From assembly GCA_951406725.2 (NCBI GenBank), contig OX597815.1, forward strand, positions 91,388,001-91,452,000: 64,000 bases of DNA, in the 5' to 3' direction. A program made the position numbers and the translations under genes. The notes under the pieces are model-generated. The model did not search any database. It saw nothing but the letters and a program-made list of their open reading frames with translations, and had not been told where the DNA came from. This DNA is from Octopus vulgaris (taxonomy: Eukaryota). Within the stretch, counting starts at the first letter, position 1; every line of letters starts with the position of its first letter. Shown here in pieces: positions 40,901 to 52,610 of this stretch.

Positions 40901-42652
40901 ACACACACACATTGTATCCTACCAACCTATTTACTGCCATGCTATACACTACTAATCTACCTTCTTAAGATACCTTATGGTCACCTTCCCCCTTTCATTT
41001 CTCTGTTCACTTCAATCATTTTATTACACTATCACTAATATATCCCAGTCTCCTATTTCCTAACCACCCACAAAGCTCAGGAAATATGACCAACCACTCT
41101 ACAACACTATATCGCTGCCACCTCCTACAAGACCTATGTATGTATGAGACACTATATTGGCTCATTCTCATTACTATACCTGTACCCACCTTCCCTCCTC
41201 TATCCATCTTCCTGTTTGCTTCAAACATCACCCTATCATTCAAATCTCCCATCTCACACCTGTGATGCTTGTTCATTGCTGTCCATCACTCAGCATAAGT
41301 ACTCTCCCCACAGCTTGTCCACTACCTCAATACTGCTCATCTCTCTTTCTTTTTCTGGTCTACCCCAACAACACATCTACATTTTTTTCCCTTCATGCTT
41401 CTCTCAGGATCCTTGCCACACTCATCTATTTACTCTTACATGTTCCCTTCTCCTTACACCTTCTGCCAACATTTGCCTTTGTAATGAGGGACAGTCTTGG
41501 TCTCCACCTTGTAACTCACCTCATAACTTTACCATTCTGTCTCTTCCTTTCTTACTAACCCCTGACACTAATCCTTTACACTTTTATCTGTCCATTCCAT
41601 GCATCCTCCCCAGTAATGCAGACCTTGTTATACTTTCCACTACTAACCTCTTGTAACTATAAAAACTCTTGCTCTCATCATACTTTACCTTTTCTCATCA
41701 CCTCACCTAGAATCAATCATCACACCCACTCTACTATTTCCTTCAGTTGCACCCTTTAGTTTTTCACCCTTTAGTTTTTCAAAGTGCCGATCCCATGAAA
41801 AAGTATTCACTACACTCTGTAAAGTGGTTGGCATTAGGAAGGGCATCCAGCAATAGAAGCCATGCCAAAACAGACACTGGAACAGTCAGCTTTTGTCAGC
41901 CTGTCCAACTCATGTGAGTATGTGTAACTCTTACAATCATGGAAAAAAGATGTTAAATGGTTATGATGGAATGGTGATGATGGTATATTTGAGCACAGAA
42001 TAAAACAGGAGATTTGATTTATCTTTTTACTATAGCATCATAAATTACATAACCTTTACACACATTTTACTAGCATACACTAGTATGTTTTGCCATAATT
42101 GTTTTGTAGATGATTGCATAATCCCATAGAAATACCAGATCTTCAGAAGAAAATAGCAATTTAATCTGTTTATTTACCACCCTCAGTTGGTTGGCAGTGA
42201 CAAATAAGAACTAGCAGTTGGTATATAACATGTGTGTGTGTGTTTATGTAGGGTTTTTTTGTTCTTTTTTTTCCATATTTATAAACAATAACTTCTTGCC
42301 AGTGGTCATTGGTGTCATTGATTTGCAATCAACAACAAAAGGAGGTCCGAGTTTCTTGATGTGTTTTGACATGTTTAGCAATGTTTGCAAACAAAGAAAC
42401 TCCTTAAACAGTGTCATTTGTTTACACTTCCCCACTTCAAACATGTCTGAGCTGCCTGTTATTTGATAGACAGGAAGATTATTACCTCATTTGGAGACAA
42501 GGAAACAAGTAGTGTTAGCAACAAGAAGAGTATCCAGCTTTGGAAAAACTCTACCCCAATCTACTTTTGTCTGAGCCATGCTTGCACAGGTTTGACCCAT
42601 ACAAACATGGAAATGTAAACACTGAAAATGATTATGAAAACATTGATGATGA

Positions 42653-42683
<31 letters not shown>

Positions 42684-44049
42684 CACATACACGCATATAT
42701 ATATATAGATACACATACACACACAAATACACATATATGCACAGATACACATATACATACATTCACTCATGCATTTATATGTATATATGCATGAAAAAGC
42801 ATCACATACATATATATCCATAGACTTTTTTTTTTCTACTTAATCATTCATTAATCCCAATCAATAAACCAAACAAACAATAGAATACAACTTATTGATG
42901 TTTCTTTTGTGTCTGATGCAGAAAGGTAATGATTCAAATATTGATTAATCCTATTTTCATCCCTACATTATTCCTACATCATTCACCATTATAAATATCT
43001 TCGTAAATTATTGTTTTATTTCACCAAATAATATTCACATTATAATAACATAGAAGCAAACTTTCATTTTGGTGTATATATATTTGGAAGTGTGTTTCAA
43101 GTACAGATACGTTAATAATTTTTTTGTTTTTGTATTGTATAACTCAGTGTGGGAGAATAAAATAATGGCATAACTGTCTTATGGTCTTGATTCTTAATAT
43201 TTTCAAAATATATAGGAACAAACTAACATCTTACCAAAGTTTGTATTGCCTTTCATTCCTGGTAACAACACTAGAGTAGGATTTTATCGATTATATACCT
43301 ATCCTATAAAATTCCACTATAACAATTCAGCAATGGAACCTTTATGTGCTAGCTTAAATTGCTAGAAATAGCAACTAAATTTCAATCAAATTGCACCCTA
43401 CTATCATGATAAGGGTGGGTTACATGGAGAAAAAGTAGTCTTAGATATAAATAAAAATAGTCTTAGTAGTGAAGTATAGTATACCTATAGTTAGAACCTT
43501 TTTCATGAAAGGTCTGCTTAAATGGAGCCAACTTGGAGCTAACAACCAATGGTGAGAACAACAAAATATCTGCCTTATGATTAAATAAAAAAATTATTCT
43601 TGAGTAACAAGTTACTAGGAATAGTAGAGAGCCTAGATAAAATCCTTAAAAATCCTTGAACATCAAGTTCAAATCCTCCTCCATTTCCTTCGATCACAGT
43701 TAATAAAATTAAGGGATAAAAATATGCTAACGTCAATTCAGTTGGTTACATATTCTTCTCTTACAAAATTTGTTCTTTTGTATATTCAAAAGAAATTATT
43801 GATAGGTTCTTATTTTTAATTTTTATATTGCAAATTATATTTCAAATTCACCACTTTTTATGGTTAGAGGATAATGCTTTTTAAATAGGGGGTGGGTGTA
43901 TTATATCACAGCATATCTAAAAGATATGGTTTAAAATTATTTCATTTAAACTTATTTTACTCACATATGATCTCAGTAGTATAGAGCAGAAAATGTCTGA
44001 AGCCTGAAAAAGGCTTCAGCATTTTCAGTAGCTATTCATTATTAATATA

Positions 44050-44470
44050 ACAAACTGTTAAGGCCCACACTATCTCTCTGTCTTACTATAACCTTTCATC
44101 ATCTGACACAAGATCCCCTCCTCAAATCCCCCCTACCCTCTCAAAGGAACCTTGTCTTGCAAGTTACTTGGTGACCCTGCCAGTGCTGGTGCCACTGAAA
44201 AAAAGCATCCAGTCCACAATGTAAAGTGGTTGGCATTTGGAAGGGCATCTAGCAGTAAAAACCATATCAAATTGACCTTGCCTATGCTTGTGCCATGTAA
44301 AAGCACTCAGTCAACTCTGCAGAATTGTTGGTGTTAGGAAGAGCATCCAGCCATAAAATCCCTGCCAAAACACACAGGAGTCTGGTGCAGGCTCTTGTCT
44401 GGCCAGCTCCTGTCAAACCATCCAACCCATACCAGCATGGAAAGAAGGTATTAAACAATGATGATGATGA
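44050..44470 (+). mobile_element. RTE-type tail with a duplicated terminal module
   Basis: Two successive gtgccaNgtaaaagcac...gttggYRttWggaagRgcatc modules, then (GAT)n. Confidence 0.75.
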
Positions 44471-44868
44471 CTGTTCCTACTACTGATGATCAGAGCACCT
44501 ATCAATAAATACCAAATTCAAAATAGCATGTGATACAAGAAAACCAGACACTTCAGTATATATGCTTATATACAATGTATAGAAAAGGTAGACAAAGGAA
44601 AGCATGGAAATGAGAAGTCATAGAAAATTGGACATCAAGATTGAAATATGCAAATAGTTATTGCATTGCAAAAATATACCAGATATTCCAATATTAAGAA
44701 ATTTATATAAAACTAAAGGACAGTCAATTAGCAGAATCTTTGGAAAGTCACTATTTGCTCTATCTCTTTCAATGCAAATGCCACCGAAGTCAGTTTTGCC
44801 TTTCAACTTTTCAGAGTTGATAAAAATACAGTCAACTACTAAGATCACCCTCTTCTCTCACTCTCCCT

Positions 44869-44912
<44 letters not shown>

Positions 44913-44914
44913 AA

Positions 44915-46500
44915 ACCAAAAGGCCACCAGCCCTGACAATAACTCTTGCTTTAACTTCAAACATTGCACCCCAGAGTTTTAGCTTCTATCTTCACCAAAT
45001 CTTCAATATCTCCCCATTCTTCAGGGATTTACTCTGATATTTACTACAGTACGCTCAAGAAGGCACATGGCTCAGTGGTTAGAGCATCGAACTTATGACT
45101 GTGAGGTTGTTAGTCTGAATCCCGGACCGGGCTGTGTGTTATGCTCTTGAGCAAGACACTTTATTTCACATTACTCCAGTTCACTCAGCTGTAGAAATGA
45201 GTTGCGACGTCACACGTACCAAGCTGTATCAGCCTTTGCCTTTTCCTTGGATAACTTCGGTGGTGTGGAGAGGGGAGGATGGTATGCATGGGCAACTGCT
45301 GGTCTTCCATAGACAACCTTGCCAGGAATTGTGCTTTGGAGGGTAGCTTCCTAGGTGCAATCCCATGGTCATTCATGACCGAAGGGGGTCTCCGATGCTC
45401 AAGAAAGACAACATCTCTGATCCTGCCAGCTATTTCTCTATCACTTCTAATATCTCAAAGATAATGAAGACAGCCTTAATGACAATGCCCCCTCACCAAC
45501 ATCACGAATTTCTCTCTCATCAAGACTCTCCTTTGTCACCATTACTCTTGACATCAATAAAGCTTACAACAATGTGTCATGGGAATCTATCAAAACCATC
45601 CACCAATATACCACATGCCACTTAGGTAACTTTCTACAATATATGACATTGTCAAAGTATTGGTTGACAAAACTCTTTTTCTTCCTCATTCTATCAATGG
45701 TGGCATGCCCCAGAGTTCAGTTTTGATCTGCACTCTCATCTTACCAGCTATCACATCCAACAATTCCCACTTTTATTCGGACGATACTCTCCTAACCTTC
45801 CCAAATTAAGCATTATGTATTGGCAACATTGCACCATATGCCATATCCACGAATAGAGACACTGAAAGCATCCTCTAATGGGGACATACCAGTCTTGTCT
45901 CTTTCAATAGCAAGAAAACACAAATACTTCTCATATCAAGAAAACAACTTCACAACAATACCCATTCTTTAGTCATAAGAAGCATGCAACTAGGGCCTTT
46001 ACAACCACTCCAAATGTTGATCCTCACCAGAGACCTCTTCTGAGTGACAGTGCACCCTTAAAATAGCTGACCCATTAATTCAGATTGAGAGATACTTCAG
46101 CTTCCAACAATTATTAACATGCTACAAAGCTTAAAGTGAGATCCACCATAGAGTATTGCTCTCACATTTGGGAAATTTCTGCTTCTGCAGAGAAATCATA
46201 GACTGACTACATTCGATAAAGGCTCTCTGATTGACTTAAAGTTACTCACTGATATGCTCCATCCTCTGGACCATGGAAGCATTGTCTCCTCTCTCTACCT
46301 TTCTACAGCTTCTTTAATGGCTTCTTATCCTCTCCTCACACTTGTTGTGTCTGCCCCAACCCCAGACTCTAATAATTTCACTTAGTCCTTCCCTCCCAGA
46401 ACGTCATCTTTTAAGATTCCTGCTCTGTTCATGTCTTTCCTGCAGGTATTAGTTTGCAAAGATTCGAGAGGAATGTTAATGGTATCAGCCTTATTGGTCT
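44915..46500 (+). mobile_element. Decayed CR1/Jockey-group LINE RT region, interrupted by a SINE
   Basis: PMLKKDNISDPASYFSITSNISKIMK, INGGMPQSSVL (GVPQGSVL), YSDDT (YADD) and VRSTIEYCSHIW. Confidence 0.8.
45062..45396 (+). mobile_element. tRNA-derived SINE family B, full length, with a 9-bp target-site duplication
   Basis: A-box TGGCTCAGTGG, degenerate B-box gtctgaatccc and CORE-like cttgagcaagacactt. GCTCAAGAA occurs at 45053-45061 and 45397-45405. Confidence 0.85.
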
Positions 46501-46544
46501 AGGAGATCTTGCAAAGGTCATGGGCACTACTCCTTCCTCCAGGC

Positions 46545-48350
46545 TCATCATCATCATCATTATTTAATGTCCCATTTATCCATACTGGCATGGGTTGTAC
46601 AGTTTGACAGGAGCTGGCCAGCTAGAGAGCTGCACCAGGTTCCATTTGTCTATTTTGGCATGGTATCTATGGCTGGATGTCCTTCCAAATGCCAAGCACT
46701 TTACAGAGTGTACTGGGTGCTTTTTACGAAGCACCAGCACAGGTGCTTTATACATGGCACCAACATAGGAGCTTTATATGTGGCACCAGCATGGGAGCTT
46801 TATATGTGGCATTGGCAAGGGTGTTTTGTACATGACACTAGCACACGAGCTTTCTATTTTGCACTGGCACAGGTGCTTTTATGTGGCACCAGCATGGGTA
46901 CCTTTTATGTGGCACCAGCACAAGTGCCTTCTATGTGGTACCAGTATGGGTGCTTTTTACGTGGCACCAGCACCTGCAAGCTCACAAGACAAGGACCTCT
47001 CAGCTGAGAGAGGGAGTGAGTGGCATGGTCATAAAGGACATGCCTGTATGTATGAATGGCCATGATTTTACTTAGCTTGATGTGTCTTCTCAAGCACAGC
47101 AAATCGCCAGAAGTTTCAGTCCCTTGTCACCTCCTCAGTGAGGCCCAATGTCTGAAGATCACTTTTCACCACTTTATTCCACATTTTCCTGGGTCTGCCT
47201 CTTCTACACATTCCTTCCACAACTAGAGATCAGTACTTCTTTATGCAGCTGTCATCATTCATATACATCACATGACTATACCATTGCAGTCTTCCCCCTT
47301 GCACACTACATCTGATGTTTCTTATACCCAATTTTTCTCTTAAATCATTTACACTCTGTCTTTTATGCACACTGACATTACCCATCCAGTGGAGTATGCT
47401 GGCTTCATTTTTTTAAACCTTCATATGTCCTCTGTAGTCATAGCCATGTAGTCACATGTCCTCATAGCCATGTAGTCACTGCCATGTAGCATACCTGTCC
47501 ATACACAGGTATCATACAATCTGGCTTTCATTCTGAGGAGGAGGCTCTTTGTAATCAACAAAGATAGTGGCTCTCTAAACTTTGCCAAGTTTATTCTTAT
47601 TCTAGCAACTACTTTCAAAAGTTCCTCCTCCACTGCTAACTTGGTCATTAAGGTAATAGAAGCTATCTACTAATAATTCTAAGGATTCACCCACTTCATC
47701 CCAAACATTTGAGGAAATCTAATCTCTTAGTGTTTATTGTACTTGCACATCTGCCACACAAAAAGTTAACATTCCCATGATACCGCAGTTAACCACACAC
47801 AAAGTTAACCTTCTTGTGATATTGCTGCACCTCTTATGTGTTCAAAACTTGTACTGGGTACATCAGATGGAGTTTCTATTGATACCTTTCTGACATAATG
47901 AGCAAAGCCATCTCTTTGAAGGGATTTATGTTTTCCTATTTACTAAGACTTTGATCTTTGCTAAATTAACTCTAAGGTCCTTAGATTTCAGACCTTGCTT
48001 CCACACCTGAAATTCCCTCTCTAGTTCAGATAGTGATTCAGGTATAAGAACAAGATTATCAGTGTAGGAGAACTCCTATGGGCAGTGAGTCTTAAATTCT
48101 TCTGTTATGGCCTGGAGGTCTATGATTAGCAAGAGGGGGCTGAGAACCAATTCTTGATAAACTCCTATTTGTACACTAATTTCATTGCCATACCCATTGC
48201 TGACCTTCACCTTACTCACAGCATCCCTGTACATGATTTATGCAGCTCTCACCAACTCTTGTCTATCCCTAGCTTTCACATTGACTATTGACTACCAGAT
48301 GGGTGAGTGAGGGATTCTTTCAAAGGCTTTCTCTCTGTCAACAAAAACCA
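46545..48350 (-). mobile_element. RTE LINE, RT domain to 3' end, with a 26-nt array (46715-46975)
   Basis: Minus strand reads VFVDREKAFERIP...IGVYQELVLSPLL...SYTDNLVL (YADD)...RIRINLAKFREPL...MLHGSD, with about 10 GGTGCTTTTTATGTGGCACCAGCAY units. Confidence 0.9.
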
Positions 48351-50499
48351 AAAGCCATAAAAAAAATACACTGATAATTGACTTCTGCTCTACCACAGTG
48401 GAAGAAGGTGATAATGATGATGATGATGATGACACAGATGATGATAATAATGATGATGATGATGATGGCGATTAAGAGAATGATGAAGAACATTAGGTGG
48501 AGGATGGATCATGGTGATGAAAAGACACTAAAATGTATCTCTTTTTTAGATTGTAAGAATGAAAAGTTTCAAATGAAAAATGATAAATTTGAAGACATTT
48601 CCTATAATTATGAATAACAAAAATGTTTTCTAATTTAATGACAAAGAAAATGTTCTTCTCAAAATACTGGTTACAAAAGTTCTTGCTTGACTTTTCAAAA
48701 ATAGCTTTACAAGAAAATAAAAAAATGTAACTTAGATAAAATCCTGTAAATAGTTAAGTTCTGTCAATATATTTTATCAAAAAATTAATATAACTGTTCC
48801 CGCCACCATTTGTCAAATACTAAAAATATATGATAATACTAACATTCTTTAATATAAAAATCAACAGCTTCGTGATAAAAATGCATAGGAAACAGAAACA
48901 ACTCCCTAATTTATTAATGTTGAAGAAAATAAATGTGAAGACAGTCTTAATAGAATTTGAAATTTCGACATAAACAAAAATGTTATAAACTATAAATAGT
49001 TTAAAAGTCAACTTGGCTCAATTTGTGGGTGCTTAGCCCTGGTTCTAGTTATTCTATGTGCATTAGCATCGAATTGCTTCTTGGTTAGTGTACCAGTCTT
49101 TCAGAAGCAAAATTCTCAGAAGAGCTGATGTCTATTTGAATCCTATCAAGAGACAAAAAGATGATAATATGAGCCAATAAGGAATTCATTATGCAATGGT
49201 TCAATTTGCAAGAGATAACAGTGAAATCTCTTTTAAATTACAACTCACTGCATTAAAATCTCGAGGACTTAATGAATAATCGAGTCCTTGATAAAAATTG
49301 TGCACAAAAAATATTTTTAAACGACGGGAGTGTCATGCTTGAAATATTTTTGATCCTGAGTTTCTTTGATCTGGGCAAACATGACTGCAAAATATTTAAA
49401 CTATGTAATGAATAGGTAGTGTACTGAGTTAGAAATTTGTGCATTTAATCTCTAGAACAACAATGTCAGAGCAAAAAGCAAAATTGATTACTATTGATCA
49501 TGACTGACTATTTAATTTACAACATAATTGAAACACTGAAAATCAAGGCTAAATATTGTTTATCCAACCAGGATGTCGTATATGACTAGTCAGAATAACA
49601 ATAACTTCACTTCCTGAAATAAATGTGTATTTTATTCAATGAATATTGGCTTATATACTTCACTAGGCTCAAACCCCTATTCATTTAGGAGAGGAGAAAT
49701 AGTGAGTCGTGACCTTCATACCTTTTCCAAGGGCATTAGCAGTGTAAATGAAGCGAAATGCTTCATTCTAGAACTGAAACCACGTTCGAGTAGCGGTTTG
49801 AGGAAAGCCTATTTCTTGCTCAATGCGTGCAAGTCACAACATATACTATAAATATTTAAATTAGGCAAATACTAACAGAAACAATTATCAACAGTTGAAT
49901 CATGAATATAGATAAGACACATCATGAGAAAACAGAAATTAAATCTATAAACTCAAATGTTCAGGAAGCAGATGTTCTACTTACTCCAAAAATTAAAAAG
50001 AAAATTGTAACAATTCTGTAATATGTTTTATTCCTGAAAGGTAACAAAAATCAATCGCGAAGCAGACGACGAAAATCTCGCCTCTGTCTGTGTGCGTGTG
50101 TGTTACCAAACAGTAAAGAGTTCTAATAAAACTTTTCTGGATTAGAGTTACTTCCCTTATTTATTTATTCATTTATTTATTTGTGTCCCTACATCAAGTT
50201 CGGATGTATTTTACGTAATTCGTCATTTCCAAACTTTAGTAAAATTGTTTTTCTCTAAAACCGTTAAGAAATAATAATCACAGGAACAATTAATAGCTTT
50301 ATCAATTTATTTAATGGTTGTCATGATCAATGAAAGTTTTTTTTATTTATGGAAGCAATGATTTAAGTCATTTAAATTTTATTCTTAAATTGGTTGTGAT
50401 TATGTCATGACTTTTTTTTTGATATTTAAACAACAACGAATCCCTTCATTAATAATTAATTCGTTGTTTTTCGTCGTTTTAAATGGGGGAAAACGCTTG

Positions 50500-51000
50500 A
50501 GATTTTAAAACTAGTGTGCCACTCCTTCTGCATTAAGGGTCGTCCCTGTCAGTTACTAAAATTTCGGTATTTCAGCCACGAAGCTGAAGCAAGTTGTCAT
50601 AGTATATTATAAGGTATCCTCCTTCCAATGACATTCACCTCCTGCACAGAAGGAATTTTGTTCGATCACTACAATGACAGGCTTCTATACCTCCCATCGA
50701 GCAAGTCACGACTGCGCTTGGAAAGCACAGCCGCTACTTTTTACCATGAACACCGTTACTACGCCAGCTCTCCCTCTCTCTTTTTCCATGTTATTGCCCC
50801 TCCCACTTCGTTGAAAACACCTCCTCCCACTAGTGCCTACGTCACTAACAACAAGAGCAATCATCATCATCACGATACAGTAGAATAGCATAAGCGGTGT
50901 AGTTGCAGTAGTGGTGGCTGTGAAAACACGGCGATTACTGCTGTACACGTTGCCCGGCTTCCGGCGGTCTGTATCATTGTTGCTGTTTTAGTAGTGAGTT
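50500..51000. promoter_or_regulatory. Putative CpG-rich promoter of MOGS
   Basis: Unique, repeat-free, CpG-rich sequence upstream of the coding exon. It has an ETS-like CTTCCGG (50958-50964) and CRE-like TACGTCA (50838-50844) and TGACGTC (51000-51006). The TSS cannot be determined. Confidence 0.5.
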
Positions 51001-51077
51001 GACGTCTGGCTGGACGACAACAACATAGACAGATATCTCCATGCTGGAAAGCTGTTGTCTCACTAGTAAATACTGAG
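50965..51077 (+). other. Putative non-coding first exon of MOGS containing an 11-aa uORF (51041-51076); start position uncertain
   Basis: Donor GAG|GTTAGT at 51077/51078, and acceptor ttaatttgttttcaaag| at 51648, 25 nt before the ATG. Confidence 0.4.
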
Positions 51078-51673
51078 GTTAGTTTCTATTAACAAGCGAG
51101 ATAGTCACTAAACCAAATAATAGATTATAAGTTATATAGAAACATGTTTAATCAACAAATAATACATAACAACCGACCAGCACATCAGATGGAATATTGC
51201 TGAAGCTGGAAGCTAGTTAACTAAAAACAAAACACTTCTTTATCACTTTTATCATCAGAAGCTAACGTGACACTACTAATACTACTTCCGAGTGGTGTGT
51301 TTTAATTAACTAAGTCAGCCAACTGGAAACTTGTTTGATAACGTGCCAGAAAGGTAACGTTGAATGAAAGTGAGTCGCTGTTAGTGTTTTTTAAACAACC
51401 ACTTTTAAGTGTCAACTGTCCACAACTTCCACGTACATATAAACAACAAAGCCACACTCGATTTTTCCCTCCCAATTCCAATATTAAGCTAATTAGAATT
51501 ATCAAAACTACTTTTTGATGAAGTAGGATAATCTGAAAAAAAAGTAAAATAAAATATTACATCCTGTACATATACAAAGTACACACATACACACTCTTTC
51601 TTATATATCTACATACACTGTGGACAACATATTAATTTGTTTTCAAAGGTTTATCACTTACTAAGGATCAACA

Positions 51674-52116
51674 ATGGCTCGTAATAGCAAGGATACCCGT
51701 CGACGTTTAGCAAGTGGTGACAAAGATAGGGATCCTACTGTCCAAATGCACCACCTGGGTGGATCTGCAATAGTTGCTGGTGGTTCTTCTCACAGCAATG
51801 GACATCATAACAACGGTGGAAACGGTAGTAACAATGGGAAAAGTAAACATCGACGCTGCCCGGCTTCGGCCGGCCGTTTAGGTTTCTGGTCATCCTTCGG
51901 ACTGACGGACAGTGCAGCTGTTACTAAAGCGCTATTGGTCCTTCTTAGTGTGGTCAGCATCTCGGTCGCGCTGTATTACCAACACCTTGTCCATCTTCGG
52001 GAAATGACTGTGCGAACTCCTTTGAACTCTCCAAAGATGCTGTCCGAAAACAGTACGTCTCCTCTGATGGACCCTGATCGCTACTGGGGTACTTACAGGT
52101 CGCATCTATACTTCGG
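51674..52116 (+). CDS. MOGS: Mannosyl-oligosaccharide glucosidase (ER glucosidase I, GH63), first coding exon; the rest of the gene lies beyond the window
   Basis: MAR...RRR N-terminus (Arg-based ER motif, as in human MARGERRRR), type II signal anchor ALLVLLSVVSISVALYY, and hallmark TPL...RYWGTYRSHLYFG (human FWGTYRPHVYFG). Kozak context acaATGG; phase-2 donor GG|GTAGGT at 52116/52117. Confidence 0.93.
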
Positions 52117-52571
52117 GTAGGTGCTCACGTTTTTATTTATTTATTTATTCATTCATTTAACCTCATTGTTGCAGTTGTGTTGACATTAATGATAACAAGG
52201 TCTTTAATTAGACTATTGTTTTCAATGTCGTCAAATCCAAGCATATCCCTACTGGATCCAAATAAACTTAATTGTCCAGGCGGATGTCTAATAGAAAGGA
52301 CACTTTCTGTTTGTTGCAATTTAACCCCCACTCCCACTCTTTCCGTCCAGTAATAGATTTCATTTGTAAACAGTTGTAAAACCTATTAGATATGTGTGTT
52401 AGTTTGCAAATATAGTTTGAAAGGAAGAATAATATAGATTCTGTCGAAAATGATACCATGTATTCTTTTGCAGTGAACATTTTTTTTTCTACTTGAGAAT
52501 TGTCGTGTTTACATTTTCTCCAACCCTCTCTCTGTGTATATGCGTGTGCACACACACACACACATGTGTAC

Positions 52572-52610
<39 letters not shown>

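Noticed and set aside
45062-45135. tRNA gene
   Set aside because: It has A/B boxes but no complete cloverleaf and continues into a SINE body with a TSD. The same applies to the other SINE heads.
46715-46975. 26-nt arrays (also 28720, 38770) as a CRISPR array
   Set aside because: The units are contiguous and degenerate with no unique spacers, they lie inside LINE 3'UTRs, and there are no cas genes in this eukaryotic context.
50628-50948. ORFs 50628-50888 (+) and 50706-50948 (-) as genes
   Set aside because: Short and without recognisable motifs. ORFs like these are expected in GC-richer promoter DNA.
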